Below, piece by piece: positions 13,280-25,529 of a stretch of 64,000 bases of DNA. A program made the translations under genes and the position numbers. Location of the stretch: contig NC_058368.1 of assembly GCF_018350175.1 (NCBI RefSeq), positions 12,400,001 through 12,464,000 of the forward strand. Direction: 5' to 3'. Position 1 is the first letter of the stretch; each line of letters opens with the position of its first letter. The DNA is from Felis catus (Eukaryota). The notes under the pieces were generated by a model that saw only the letters and a program-made list of their open reading frames with translations, was not told where the DNA came from and did no database searches.

Positions 13280-15100
13280 CTCTAGACAGCTTCCATGCTA
13301 TTTCAAGATTAAGAAGAATCGGGTTGCATACCTGAACCTCCTTGTTTTGAGCCACTCACCCCATCCCCAAATATTTTTACTGAATTATAATTTGTTATTA
13401 TGCCCCTGGTTTCACTGCAAGATCCTATAGGAAACTTGCAATTGAATTCACTGCAGGAAATGTTTAATTTATCCACTACATCTCCATATTGTAGTGTCCC
13501 CTTTATGAGATCTGTATGAAACTGCTCTCATATATCAAGTTCTCGGGAGAAAACTCTCCCAAACATCAAGTCCCAGGAAAAGCTGCGCTGGTGTGTTTTC
13601 ACCATGATCTTCCCCTGATCGTGTTTTCCTCTTTGCTTAGATTAGGGAAGCTCAGGCTAAATTTAAAGCCCACTTTTAATAGTTATTTAGCACCTTACGT
13701 TTCATATTTTATGTAATATCTCTTTAATATATTAAAGGGATGTAATATAATCCCTTTATTATATTAATTAACCTATATTTTTCTCTTCATCAGATTTGTC
13801 TTTTAATAACCTTCACAGAGTTGTATATTCTTTTATATACTACATCAAATCCTTTAGATAATGCATTAGAATGTAAATTAATCTATGATGTCTTTACCCA
13901 CATGAAAATCATATTCACACTGCCCCTTAGGAGACAGATTATGATTTTCACATGATCCTTACTTCATTCAAATATCAGATATGCAACTCGTGGTCTCCTA
14001 TCTTCTTGTATCTTCTTCCTAGACTTACCACTGGGTTCGCATAGTTAATGAAATGCACAAGGCACATGCTCATTCATGACCCATCGCCATGAAATCCCAA
14101 CTGATATGTTTCCTTCTGTATAGAGGTTTACCAAAACCCACTTTTCATTTACTCTCTGTCTAAATTTTTTCGGGTCACCTGAAGAGCTAGAAGCACTGCC
14201 CATGACTAGGTGGCTAAGGAAATGAGGAACCTTGCTTTGTAAGAGTGGACCAGCATCGAGAATTTACAAAGAACTAAACACTGACTGGGGAAAAGAGGAG
14301 AAAAAAATGAATCTCTACTCACTGAAAATAATATCACATAATCCAGATTTGGCAATTACCTGCATCTGGGATGTGTGTTTATAAAATTAGAGCTAATAAA
14401 AGCAGTGACGTGCAGCTATGGATGTCTCAATTTGGTTAAAATTAAACTCTCAGGTTTTACATATCATTCTTTGCTAATTCCCTTCTAGTACTTATTTCTT
14501 AACTGCTTGCATTTTTAATATGTGATCACTTTTAAAATGTTATGCAAAGTTCATTGACTTAATTCTCCCAACAGATTTTCCTGTAATTTTCGGTTAAACA
14601 GTACCCTTTATGTACAGGTCCTTCGGTCACCAGCACTGAACAGAAAGAGGCTCTGATTCATGAAATGTGAATTTCTGACAGTTGCCACTTTTTTAAAAAA
14701 GAACTTGAGCAATACAGGACTGATGCATTCTCACCCTGTTTTCTGTGTTCCATCTGTTTTTCTGCCAGTGTTTCCACCCTCCATTTCTGAAAGTGGTTGG
14801 GTAAGAAAATACTGGACATGGAGAAAGGGCAATTCTCAAAGAATAAATGATTGTTGAATTTCCGCTGACGCTATCCAGTTGGGGGGCTGGGGCTCTCCCA
14901 CCAGGATGAGCAAGGCTACCACTTAGGTCGGGCAAATTCCCAAGATGCCATGTGGCCCGATGGAGTGATGAGAGACAGACAGCACATCACTAATACCCAG
15001 TTCCATTCCCTGGGAGCAGAAAGAAGGCAGTTTACTCCACTCTGGTTAAGTTCAACTCAGATGTGATCCTTAAAAATAGTCTCAGATAAAAAGTCAATGA

Positions 15101-15286
15101 GGGACACCAAGGTGGCTCAGTCGTTTGAGCACTGAACTCTTGATTTCGGCTCAGGTCCTGATCTCATGGTTCGTGAGTTCGAATCCCATATGGGGCTCGG
15201 TGCTAAACGCAGAGCATGCTTAAGATTCTCTCTTTCCCTTTCTCTCTGCCCCTCTACCACTCGCTCGCTCTCTTTCAAAAATAAAT
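15101..15286 (+). mobile_element. SINEC
   Basis: SINEC body. Flanking direct repeat AAAAGTCAA. Confidence 0.93.
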
Positions 15287-15699
15287 AAAAGTCAAAGAAA
15301 ATGCAAATCTGACTTTCACTAATTCTCTTGGTTATGAAATTTTCTACACTTTGCATTTTCTGTCAAGAAAAGATGTCTTTCTGTGAGCACAGGGGCACAC
15401 TCACACGGACATTCTCTGCGATAGGCCAGGCACTGCAATACCTCCATTTCACAGTCCTGGACTCTAGAGAAAGAAAGGTGGTTTTTTGGTTTTTTTTTTT
15501 TTTACAGTTTCTTTATAATTATAGGTAGTAATGATATTTAAATAGTCCCCAAGACTGGCTGTCCTAACGTGCCCATTAAATTGATAATGAGAGCATTAAA
15601 CAGGTATCAAAGAAACATGTCCAGGTAGGTATTAAATGACATAATAAGAAAAACAGAAATAAGAACTGCCTCTCTTTCTTAACATAATACCTGTGATCA

Positions 15700-15855
15700 T
15701 GAATCCCAGAATTTTAGACATGATGGGAACCTCACGTTTGTTTAATCCAAACCCTTTATTTTATGGAGGAAGGAAAGAATGCCCAGAGAAGTTGTAGCGT
15801 GCCCCAGAGCACACAATTAATTAGTGACAGCCGTAGAACTAAAATCTGACTTCCA
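15700..15855 (-). mobile_element. MIR/MIR3 fragment
   Basis: TCCAAACCCTTTATTTTATGGAG...GCCCAGAGAAGTT...CACACAATTAATTAGTGACAG. Confidence 0.6.
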
Positions 15856-17377
15856 CTGTAATAATTTCCTTGACAAGTTGTAGAAAAATTATAAGCCACT
15901 GATTTATTCTACATTAGAAAGCTGCTCTGTTTTCTTTTCAACCTATTATTTTAGGTTTAAGGAGTCCCTGCTTTGCACACTCTTGTTCAAGGAGTTACTG
16001 ACTCAACCAGAGAGAGGACCTGAGAACCAGAATAAACTTTAGAAACCAGAGACCGACCATCTCATTTTCTCATCAAGAAACAAAGGCCAAGTAAGGTTCT
16101 GAAACTTGCCATAGTGAAAGAATGAGAGGGGGTCTAAAGAAGAGCCTGCATCCTGGTCTCCTTTCTTTCTGGTTCAGTGAACTTGACTACAGTCAGGTCC
16201 ATATCATGCCATTTTCAGCATTCAAAATAATTTTTAAAAAATAGTACAATAGCAAGATGAATTCTTTCACAAAGCAAATAATCACATTTGTGTATTTGCC
16301 TAGATTTGGATTTTCCAGATAGCATACGCATGAGTATATAAGCTTTCAACATGGTGCACCTGTAGCCAATGCATCATAACTATCAAATGACAAGAGATCC
16401 CAATTCTCCCTTCCTGTGGCCTAACATACTCTTCCTCCACCTCCCCAGCATCCCCCCTCTTGTCCATTCCCAAGTGTCTGCTACTGAGGCAAATAAAGAC
16501 CATTATTATTTCCATTCTCTCTCCATACAACAATTTACCCATTGATTCAGCGAGATTGTGGGGTAGGGATTCTGGGCAGTGTGACTGATGATAAACTTTC
16601 ACTTTGCAAAGCAATCCTCTATTTTAAACTTCTCTTCTCTTTTAACTGGACTTAAAACTCCAGAACTATAAAGAAGGCTAAGAGAAATAATGCGTGTGTA
16701 TTTTGGAGCATACCCTAAGATGAGCAAGTTTAGATTCATCCTGGGTTTGAGCAACTAATTCTGATCCTATGCATCATCAAAGATTCCTTTATTTCTCCTC
16801 TTTGTTTTCCTTCTCATGAGTGCATCTGCTGTTGAATCATGTCCATGCCATTCAATGATTAGCTCACTATAATGAGGTCAGTGGGGAGCAACTTACTCTT
16901 GTTTGCACTGTTCCCAACAACCATGAGAGATTATGATCATCAGTAATAATGCCCCAAATTATAATGATACAATGCTAAATTCTCCATGAAAGATCTACGA
17001 TAGAGTAAACAATTTTACTGATGTTGCTGTCATTTCAAGATACCGCTATGTGAACTACGAAAAATAATGGTGCTATTAATTTAATACGCACTTGATAAAC
17101 TTTAACTGAATGATTATAGGTCATCAGTAAAATAACTTGACATCATGCATTATTGGATACTAGCTGTTCAAGGAAGGTAAAACACACAGCACTTTGCTTC
17201 CACTAGCGAAATAAAACCTGACTGGAAATAGCATTGTGAGTGACCGATTCTGATTCTGTCATATGGTTTGTTGCTGCATTCCGAGTAGAAAAGACTGAAA
17301 TGACTTTGGCATATTACAAAATCTAAAATAAATCTCAAGTCCAATACTTCAACCTTCATTATAAAAACCAGAAACAG

Positions 17378-17568
17378 TTTAGTGTATTGCAGAGCATCGG
17401 CTTCAGAGTTATATTAAAATACTAGCACCTACTATGTAAACTGTAAGAAGTTATTTGACCTCTATGTGTCTCTGTTTTCCTGCCTTTAAAATGGGTATGA
17501 TAATAGTATGTGCTCACTTAGATTTTTTTGAGGGTAAAATAAATTGAAATATATATATATATATATAT

Positions 17569-17645
<77 letters not shown>

Positions 17646-17695
17646 TCCCGGAGTAGTGCTTGAAACATTATAAATGCTCAGTCAATATTCTCTAC
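17378..17695 (+). mobile_element. MIR containing an expanded (TA)n tract
   Basis: AAGTTATTTGACCTCTATGTGTCTCTGTTTTCCTGCCTTTAAAATGGG core. Confidence 0.75.
17549..17644. repeat. Compound (TA)n microsatellite with GG interruptions
   Basis: (AT)10 GG T(AT)17 GG T(AT)17 GG. Confidence 0.97.
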
Positions 17696-19580
17696 TCTTA
17701 CCCAGGAAATTTTGCTTCTGCTATCATAATGTCTTACTATATCATTGTATAATATCAACAAATGATGAGTTCTCAATGGCTGGACTATTGGAATTTCTTC
17801 ATGCTTCCCTATGATCTTCATGATCACTCTTAATTTCTAGGCATACATTGCTTTCAAACACTCTGTTGCCCAGCACAAAAAGGTGAGAATGCTCACATAT
17901 TCTATTTAGGCAAAAGAAACATAGAGTATCCTTTCAACGATCACGCATGTGTTCTCAACTTCAAATCCTCAGTAGGAATATAACTTTCATCCAAAAAACA
18001 CATAAAGAATTTTAATGAAATCAATCGTTGTAAATACATTTAAGGAGATCTGCAAAACAACTTCAAACTATTTCTATATGCAGTGTTTCTAACATAATGC
18101 ACTTCACATGCATGCTGAAGAACATTTAACGAGCATAGATGATAAAGCATCATCAAACATTTGCCAAGCTCCTGCATCCATAGCGATGATGGCATCTGGC
18201 AAAGCACCATTGTCAGAAATCTCTAAAGCTTTAGCTGGTTTTTATTCTAAGACTAATGTATTTTTAAATCAAGCCACAGGGAAATAATTACTTTTGTTTC
18301 TATTCAATCAAGACCTGCACACAGAGTTTATGGAATGACATAATATCCTTCCTGAAATCAGACTGGTATGTAGGACCAGTATCCTTCACACATAACCAGT
18401 TCCTGAACCTTTACAAACAAATCCTAATTTCCAAGGAAACAATCTCATCAACTGCTACTCGCTAGAATACATATTGTTCCTTTTGGAAACATTACAATAA
18501 GATTTTCACGATTACAAACCCCAACTTCCCTTCTAAAATTCAATAAAATCTTAAACTCATTTATTTAAGTGGAAATTGTGTTTGTATAATGGCTCTAGAA
18601 ATTCCTGGTAAATTTCGTATCACCAATATAATTTAGTTATTGGGTTTCTTGTTTTGTGTTTTTGTTTTTGTTTAGCCCAGGAGGGGCGTGGTCATAAACT
18701 TCATAAACTTATTGTGATGATGTGGGTGTATGTGTGTCTTTTAAATGAGCACCAGTTAGGAGTCTCTTAGGAATGTTCATTTTCGAGCTTCTACAGACCA
18801 ACCCTAAGATGAGAAGCATGTTTTAACTATTTTTGGAGAATGAGGAGTTTTAGCGATGTCCAGGCTGCTGACCTATTTTTTAATTTTTATTTATTAATTT
18901 TTTTTGTAGAGAATAAAAAGGAACATCTAGCGGCTTGTAATCAATATCCTTTCCTCTGGGCTTAGGAAGCTGCTGCTTCCAAGCGCATGTCACAAGCTTT
19001 GTTTTGAACTTAGCAGACACCTTTACCCTTCACCAGAAAAACAGTATCAACAAATCAGAGACTACTGACATAAACATACAAATAGAGAATGCGAGTCCGG
19101 TTGTCAGCCCAGTGGCCTTAAGAATAGAATTCTAACTTTCCCCTGTGGCTAACAATGTTATAAAGAATCTGGGCGGGGTACAAGTGAGTCCCCCCTCTCT
19201 ACCCTCCCTCCAATGAAATAAACAAATGTCCAAGTTTTAAATGTGACACAGTGTGAGGAAGCGGCAGAAAAGCTCCCAAAACACACACCGAGTAAACCTG
19301 CCTCATTTATTGTGTAGACGCACATAAATTTTGGAAATGCAGGATTCACCGTCCTACCGTGAAGTTTTCCGGGCACTTGAAGTTGAGTTATGTGGCAGCT
19401 AAGCGCTGTCACTGTTTGTTTAAAACTGCTGCCTAAAGTTATTTCTAAAAGTTAGGTGCAGCGTGGCATAGAAATCCATGTATTGTAAAGTGAAAACAAC
19501 AATGTAAAAAACTGGGTTAGCATGAAATAGAGCCAACAGAAATCAGAATTAGCAACAGCCTTCCTCTACCGGCCACTCAC

Positions 19581-19749
19581 CTTGTTGAATTTTAGTCACT
19601 AGCTGATGGCGTGCTAGAATCCGGCTCATCCTGTAAGGAGAGCGCCTCGCAGTCTGATCAAATCGCAAGTACATCTCCTGGCCCTCAGGTGTCATGGAAT
19701 TTAGATAGTAGCAGCCTGAAGCTGGGGTCCTGGGTCCCTGACTGAACAT
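19581..19749 (-). CDS. STARD13: STARD13 (DLC2) first coding exon of the alpha-type isoform; MFSQGPRTPASGCYYLNSMTPEGQEMYLRFDQTARRSPYRMSRILARHQLVTKIQQ + 1 nt
   Basis: Translation matches the human STARD13 N-terminus as I recall it (MFSQVPRTPASGCYYLNSMTPEGQEMYLRFDQTTRRSPYRMSRILARHQLVTKIQQE) apart from two residues. ATG at 19749 in context GCCGAGATGT. 56 codons + 1 nt end at a canonical donor CAAG|GTGAGT (GT at 19580-19579). Confidence 0.96.
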
Positions 19750-19860
19750 CTCGGCAGATTTCCCTTTTGCCACCTCAGTCTGCCCTGTGGCTGTTCCCGG
19801 CTGTCTCCAGTCTCAGTAAGGGAGCGAGGCACCAAGCCCGGCGGAGCTCCACACACCAGG
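19750..19860 (-). other. STARD13: STARD13 5' UTR (upstream limit approximate)
   Basis: GC-rich, ATG-free segment upstream of the start codon. The TSS cannot be determined from sequence. Confidence 0.55.
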
Positions 19861-20100
19861 CGATTTTTAAAAAGAAGAAGGAGTGCCAAAAGCCACAACT
19901 CAGAATTCCAACCCCCGGCCTTCACGTGACCTCGAGCAGCCAATCAGAAGAAGAAAGGAGAACGGGACCGTAAGCAGTCAGCCCCCAGCCCCCTAGACGG
20001 GCAGTTCCAGCAGCTCTGATCCCCCCACGGTGCTGAAGGCAAATGCCAGCGTTTGCGGTGCCTCAGAGCTGACTAAGCGCCAGGAAGCAGCGCTCACTAA
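19860..20100 (-). promoter_or_regulatory. STARD13 proximal promoter with E-box (GGTCACGTGA, 19931-19922) and NF-Y CCAAT box (AGCCAATCAG, 19938-19947)
   Basis: Perfect motifs 170-200 bp upstream of the ATG in a locally CpG-enriched, repeat-free segment. AT-rich TTTTTAAAAA at ~19864-19873. Confidence 0.7.
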
Positions 20101-22805
20101 ACGAGTTAAAAAGAGAAAGGTAGAAGAAAAGGCAGTAGAAGAAAACTGAGCCCTGGGCATAGATTTCCTTGGAGGCTGTAAAAGTTACAGAAAGCACGTT
20201 TGCTTTCTCCAAAGGCAGCTGCAGACAGGTAACAAATGGGTGTGATAAACGTCTCCAATGAAAAACTACTCCAAATAAGCATCAACAGCTGAGTATGCTA
20301 GCACCCTTCCTTACAAAGAATGAATCAAATAAAGCTCTTCCAGTGAAAAATAAACTTTCAAGTGCTTTAACACCCAGAGTAAATACACTACAGACTCCTG
20401 ACCTTCTGCAGTGGGAGGCTGAGAGCTCTTACAGATGACTGGGAGAGGCAAAGGGCATACACATATTTGTGAAGTATCTATTTCCCTTTAATTTTTCGAC
20501 ACCCCCAATAGTTAATCGCCAAGAAGCAAAATAGTCATGAAGAACCGATCACATTTAAGACACTGCCACGCATCACTGGAAAGATTCAGATTTATGCTGC
20601 CAAGCTGCTAAGGACCAGAAGAGAAGTTGCGCAAAAGCTTAAGGCTTTCACAAACCTTATGTAAGAGGTGTCTCAAAAAAGACACAAAGACAATGTTGGG
20701 GGAGTGATATTATTTTCGACTGGGGTGATCGTAGCGGGGCGCACAGAGAAGACATTTGGGTGGGCTTTAAAAAAATGAGTGTGATTCTGACAAACAGAGC
20801 CTGAGGAGGTCTTTGCACTAGGGTCTATGCCCACACGTGTGGAGATCAGGAATCAGAGTACGTGTTTAAGGAAACTGTGAATAATTCCATTTGGCCATTT
20901 CCAAGTATACATATGGGAGTAATTAGAATTTTCCCCCATATTTTTCCGCTTTAATATTATTTGATGTGAAGAGAAAAAGTCCATAGAAAACATTGTTGAA
21001 TTCTGAGCCTGGGGCTAAATGAATAAAGTTCTTTGAAAAAGAAGCATATGGCCAAGTTGTTCTTACATTTGGCTGGCTGAAACTGAAACAGCCTGGCCTG
21101 TGATTTATAGTCTTAATGATGAAAAAACTCTCAAAAGTTTAACAGGACTTAACTTAGGACCCCAATTCTTGTTACTGTGGCTAACGGTGGTCAGCCCTAA
21201 CGCTCTTCCCTGTGGGAATTTTTGCTGGCTTGATTCTGACCAGTGGCAGCTCACCTCGCATGACTATCCTATTACGTAAATGAACAGAGCCTACGGCAGA
21301 ATATACACTCTCTCATGGCAATTGTGAGCCTCTTCCGATAGCTATGCAAGAGTAGCCAAGCATTAGGGTTTCAATCGCATCACAGTAGAAGAGGAAAGAT
21401 CTCAATGGATTATTTTGTTCCCTTTCCATTCTTATTTAGGGTTTGATCAGAGTTTTGCTATTCCAGGGCATCTTTTGTGGAAGGTGAAAGGGATCTAAGG
21501 TCTAGTGGCCCTGGTATGCCAAAAGCATGGGCAGTAATGGTAGACAGGTTTAGCATTACACTTCAGTATTGGATCCTGTAATTTAATTGAATTAAATTCA
21601 AATCAAATCAGAATCCAAGCTCAGGTCCAGCTCTGGATGCCCTCTGATGGAGAGGTCAATGCCAGCTACTTTGTGCACGTGCTTTTGTTTTGATAGGCCA
21701 CCATTAGGGACATCAGTGCCATTAAACATGTGTTCAAGCCAGACAACTAGCAGTTATCACTTTTTCACTGGGAGAGAATGGAAGGAGAATGGAGAGAGAA
21801 AGACCATGAACTTAGCAACTTGGGATACGTTCCAAAAGCTAAGCAAGGGGAAGGTAAAGGCTGGAAATAAAATCTACTTGTTTTATAGCTGTGAATAACA
21901 CTTAAAGATTGGCCATACCCAATGCCAGGCTGGTAGTTCATTATTGACTTGGCTACATTTTAAAAATAAATGGAATGAGCCTCTCTGAGAAGCACTGCAG
22001 TGTATCATGGCCAGTTTAGTATTAAAAAAAAAAAAATCACAGTGCCTCCATTCTGCACTGAAAGTCCCAAGGTGTTTTGTTCTGAAAACATCAAGATCAT
22101 AAACATGTATTCTTTGATATATATGTAAACAGATGCAACAACATGAAACATAGTATTTCATAAGAGATTGGCAATGAAGGACAAGAATTAAATGTAAATT
22201 AAGGAAAAAAGGAATTTCTATTCCCTGATTAAAACAAAGACAACTTAGAAGAAAGCCTAATTTTTCTAAAAATCAGTTTAAGTTTTAATAAGGGGATCTG
22301 TGAAGGATTACATATCAGCATTTCTGTCTTCTCTATCATGACAAGTTTGATTTTATGGTTCAAGTAGTAGGTATACATCCATGTGACTGCTCACCATGTT
22401 TTTGTCATTTCAAATGTCCAAAATACCATATTTAAAGCAGCTAAGTAACACTTTTCTCATTAGCACTGTTAATGCCTTGTTTTATGCTAATGTATTGCTA
22501 TGAAATCCACACCCTTTTAATGAATATTTTTTTCATTATTTAGTCCTAGTGATCAAATAATTACCACTGGGTGGGCAGCTCTTTCTGTTTGTTGTAAATG
22601 TAAAAGTGACAAATTGCTAATAATCTTCCTTGGGCTGATACTGTCTCCATTCAACTAGTTGAGAGAATTCTTTGTCTTTACTGGTGAGTGAGAGAGGTCC
22701 AAAGAAATCAGAGAGAAGGAGAAAGTGCTGAACACCCAAGTGTATCTTTCAAGACTAATGCTGAATTCCTTCCTTTCTAATTCTTTTTAAAAATGGAGAA
22801 AATGA

Positions 22806-23014
22806 GGGGCGCCTGGGTGGCGCAGTCGGTTAAGCGTCCGACTTCAGCCAGGTCACGATCTCGCGGTCCGTGAGTTCGAGCCCCGCGTCAGGCTCTGGGC
22901 TGATGGCTCGGAGCCTGGAGCCTGTTTCCGATTCTGTGTCTCCCTCTCTCTCTGCCCCTCCCCCGTTCGTGCTCTGTCTCTCTCTGTCCCAAAAATAAAT
23001 AAACGTTTAAAAAA
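22806..23014 (+). mobile_element. Young SINEC_Fc-type element
   Basis: CpG-intact, near-consensus body. Perfect 16-bp TSD AAAAATGGAGAAAATG at 22789-22804 and 23015-23030. Confidence 0.97.
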
Positions 23015-23030
23015 AAAAATGGAGAAAATG

Positions 23031-23254
23031 GGTGAGTGGGTGGCTCAGTTGATTGAGCATCCAACTCTTGATTTCGGCTCAGGTCATGATCTCAAGTTCA
23101 TGATTTTGAGCCCCATGTCAAGCTCTGTGCTGTCAGCGTGGAATCTGCTTGGGATTCTCTCTCTCTCCCTCTCTCTCTGCCCTTCCCCTTCTCTCTCTCT
23201 CTCTTAAAATAAATAAAATAAACTTTAAAAATAAATAAATAAAAATTAAAAAAT
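23031..23254 (+). mobile_element. Older SINEC directly downstream
   Basis: Diverged SINEC body followed by a degenerate TSD copy AAAAATGAGGGAAATG. Confidence 0.93.
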
Positions 23255-23752
23255 AAAAATGAGGGAAATGGATGGTGCTAGTTTTTAGTTTTCACCTCTT
23301 TTCCTCTTTCCTAATTTGGTCAAGAGCAATCTTCACTTAGACTATTTCGGGGTTGGAATAAACAGATGAATACTGAGAGACCCAAAGAGAGCAATGAACA
23401 GGGGAAGGGGGAAGTGGGAGGAGCTAACAGTGTTGAGCTCCTTGTATGTACCAGGCATGTCTTTAATTAATGTCTGTGGTCTTCTATTTTGTAGAACAGG
23501 AACTTAAGACTCCCAAGGATGAAGAGATGTCCCAGGTCATACAGCAACCAAGTGTAGAGCCACTGTCTATCTCCAAGCTGATGATATTTTAACTCTTTCC
23601 ACTATCACACACAAGGGACAGGGAAAGGAAAATTGTGGCACTGAGAGGGTGCTGGGGACACTGGATAGAGGAAAAAATTTTAGAGGGATATACTGAAAAT
23701 CATCTTAATCCTGTATAATTTCATGTGATACCAGAACGCTTAAATGAAAATA

Positions 23753-24099
23753 CAGTTGACCCTTAGATACCGCATATTTATTTGCGCAGGTCTACTCCCA
23801 TGCAGATGTTTTTCGATAAATATATTGGGAAAAATTTGGAGACTTGCAACAACTTAAAAAACCTGCAGAAAAACAACAAAGCTTAGATATACTGAAAAAA
23901 TTTTTAAAGAATTTTGAGATTATTGTGAGAATACAGTACATATATAATACATATACTAAATATGTGTTAATTGACTCTGTAGTACCAATAAAGCTTCAGG
24001 TCAAGTTGGTATTAGTGGTTAAGTTTTCAGGGAGCCAAGTTATATGCAGACTGCATAGGGGTTGGTGCCCTAACCCCCTTGTTGTTCAAAGGTCAACTG
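23753..24099. mobile_element. Tigger2a-like non-autonomous TcMar DNA transposon
   Basis: TIRs TA-CAGTTGACCCTT...AAAGGTCAACTG and characteristic internal sequence. Confidence 0.85.
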
Positions 24100-24103
24100 C
24101 ATA

Positions 24104-24148
24104 GGATTGGCTAAATTGGATTGGCTAAACCGCAATGGATTGGCTAAA
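24104..24148. repeat. Three copies of GGATTGGCTAAA
   Basis: Exact 12-mers at 24104, 24118 and 24137. Confidence 0.95.
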
Positions 24149-25397
24149 TTGTTGTAGTGGTTGAGATCTAGGTATCTAGAGAGCAAACTACATAGCCCAG
24201 AGCTTTTAATTAACCAGTGAGAACCATGGGCCCTCTTTGGAGCAACCCAAAGCTAAGAACTGGAGACCCACCCACTCCCACCCTAATCCTAAAGTGCAGA
24301 AGCAGCTTGACTGTCTTTTTGTTTAAAAAGCACATTCCTTTTGCAGGGTAGGCTCTTTGCCCTCTGCTTTCTGTTCATCCTCAAGGCTAACTCTGCATAT
24401 GGTCTTACCTTTTCTAGGGAATTTCTTCCCAATGCAAATGCTCCAAATACAGTCAAAATTCTGAAACTTGACCTCTAAACAAAACTTTTGGTACCAAGTC
24501 TTTCGGTAGATGATCCTAGAGTAGTGCTCAGTGGAATCTTAGGTACACATAGAAGAAAGCTAGGTGTGATTTTACAGAAGCCAGGAATGACTCCAGTGCT
24601 TTCATCTGTCTACTACTCCTTTTCCTCCTTCACATGCATTCCAGCTTCCTCATCAGCCTGTTCAGAGGGAGCCAAGGTAGCCCTGCCAAGCAGGAAAATG
24701 TTTGAGATATAAGTGGTAGGCGGAAAAAAGCAGAACCGATTTGCAAAGCTGCTTTTGAGATTACTTGAATCCAAACGTTGTGGGTTAATGGCAGAGCCTT
24801 CCTGTGGGTTCTGAAGCTCACTTTGAGGATTTCCACCAATTGATTCGTGGAGCCTGTGTCCAACCCTGTGCCAATAAGCCTTCCCAACATGCATGCACCA
24901 CATGCCTATTGACCAATGCAGGCAAGCCAGTGAAACTAACATTCAGAGCCATGACCAGGGCCCTCCATGAAAAGTTTCAGAGCGGATTCTCTGCTGATTC
25001 AGCTTTACCAGCTGTAGACCACGTCTCCCCCATTTAGAGTCCAGCTCCTGTTGCTGGACTTGGGGGTGGTAATAGGTTTGCTTTATTTTGTCTCTCAGCC
25101 CTCCCTACTGTCTTTGGTTGACTTTGCCTCTACGGGTCTCCAAGAGCACATGCACTGCCCTTATGCCATCCCCTGGGGACCCAACCGTCAGCCCCAGTTC
25201 ATATGGCAAGCGATCTGGTCTGACTTGTCCTGGGCTCATTGCCTACACCCATCCATTCCAGCCAAACCAAAATTCTTTCACTTTGCTAAGTTGTTTCAAA
25301 GATTTGGAACTGTGTGATTTCCTCTTCTTTCACCCTGTCAAAACCTATTGCCTTCAGAAACATTTTCATGACTAATGCAAAAATATTTAGTATGAAC

Positions 25398-25435
25398 AGT
25401 CATGTTAATACCTGTAAGTCATGTTAATACCTGTA
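25398..25435. repeat. Perfect 19-bp tandem duplication
   Basis: AGTCATGTTAATACCTGTA x2. Confidence 0.95.
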
Positions 25436-25529
25436 AATAGTCATTATGTGGCACATTAATTAGATTAGCTTGTTACATACAAATATGGGATCCACTTATT
25501 CATTGCAACTCCTATTGGCATAAAGTTTT

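Larger units (their letters stand above)
1..19580 (-). other. STARD13: STARD13 intron 1 (5' part; continues beyond window start)
   Basis: Starts at the GTGAGT donor. No sequence encoding the expected exon 2 (EIEAKEACDWLRAAGF...) was recognised in the window. Confidence 0.88.

Noticed and set aside
19549..19580. ORF-track C-terminal extension GEWPVEEGCC*
   Set aside because: This is read-through past the GTGAGT donor into intron 1, not coding sequence.
24104..24148. Repeat-spacer pattern as a CRISPR-like array
   Set aside because: The repeats are 12 bp with 2- and 7-bp spacers in mammalian DNA, with no cas genes.
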